Assembly: GCA_963810935.1 (NCBI GenBank) | Contig: CAWEPK010000007.1 | Location: 160,001 to 224,000, forward strand | Length of the DNA stretch: 64,000 nucleotides | From: an uncultured delta proteobacterium | GTDB lineage: Bacteria; Desulfobacterota; Syntrophorhabdia; Syntrophorhabdales; WCHB1-27 | Reading direction: 5' to 3' | In this document: positions 63,705-64,000 of the stretch, one piece after another | Position numbering within the stretch: position 1 is the stretch's first letter | How the letters are laid out: each line of letters starts with the position of its first letter | The notes under the pieces: generated by a model | Databases searched by the model: none | Told to the model about the DNA's origin: nothing | The model's input: the letters and a program-made list of their open reading frames with translations, nothing else | Translations under genes and position numbers: made by a program

Positions 63705-63791
63705 CCGGGGCGGCCGCAAGATGCGCGGCCGCCCCGGCTTTCACACCCTGCATACACCAACCCGGCCGCGGGATGCGCGGCCGGGTTTTCT
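63705..63791 (+). terminator. Tandem intrinsic terminators after assT
   Basis: CCGGGGCGGCCGC..GCGGCCGCCCCGG-CTTT and AACCCGGCCGCG..CGCGGCCGGGTT-TTCT. Confidence 0.75.
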
Positions 63792-63902
63792 TATCTGCCC
63801 CACAAGTTCTTCTGTCGTGAAAAAGGGCGCTGCTTATGTTTTTATATTATGATACCTTTCGTAAGTGCCGTGGTGCCCATACCGCCCGGTGAGGAGGCCG
63901 TT

Positions 63903-64000
63903 GTGGAGAAAGATCTTTATGAAAAGCTCGCGCGCCACCTGGACGGCCTGCCGGGGGGTTATCCTAAGACCGAAAGCGGGGTGGAGCTGCGGATCCTCCG
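63903..64000 (+). CDS. Partial CDS, N-terminus resembling deltaproteobacterial Fe-S oxidoreductases
   Basis: GAGGAGG RBS; MEKDLYEKLARHLDGLPGGYPKTESGVELRIL runs off the window. Confidence 0.5.
   Translation, partial: MEKDLYEKLARHLDGLPGGYPKTESGVELRIL

Overview
GC-rich bacterial chromosome segment; gene content suggests an anaerobic Desulfobacterota/deltaproteobacterium (inference only). From left to right: (1) end of an aromatic-acid MFS transporter, a recently duplicated secreted TPR-like gene pair, a PfkB kinase and tRNA-Gln(CTG). (2) A GntR-led catabolic operon (LIV-type ABC transporter, ThDP enzyme, two SDRs, VOC protein, aldehyde dehydrogenase). (3) A ~22 kb island with mop, an orphan modA, a kelch lipoprotein, two ~2250-2300 aa TpsA exoproteins that each carry two TPS domains, a PPIase, TpsB and exbB-exbD-tonB. 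Five CGTTAT-N12-ATAACG (ModE-type) boxes lie upstream of four of its transcription units, which suggests a molybdate/tungstate-regulated secretion plus TonB system; this is the best candidate for an undescribed system. (4) DNA-repair genes (UvrD-like, dinB, mpg), rhodanese and Pal. (5) A YLDPGAGS peptide/NoeA-like/sulfatase-like/glycosyltransferase cluster. (6) A complete IS110 element whose bridge-RNA guides, donor junction, circle promoter and REP-like target can be read from the sequence. (7) A dsbL-dsbI-assT operon. Eight small frameshifts in otherwise intact genes are probably sequencing or assembly errors.
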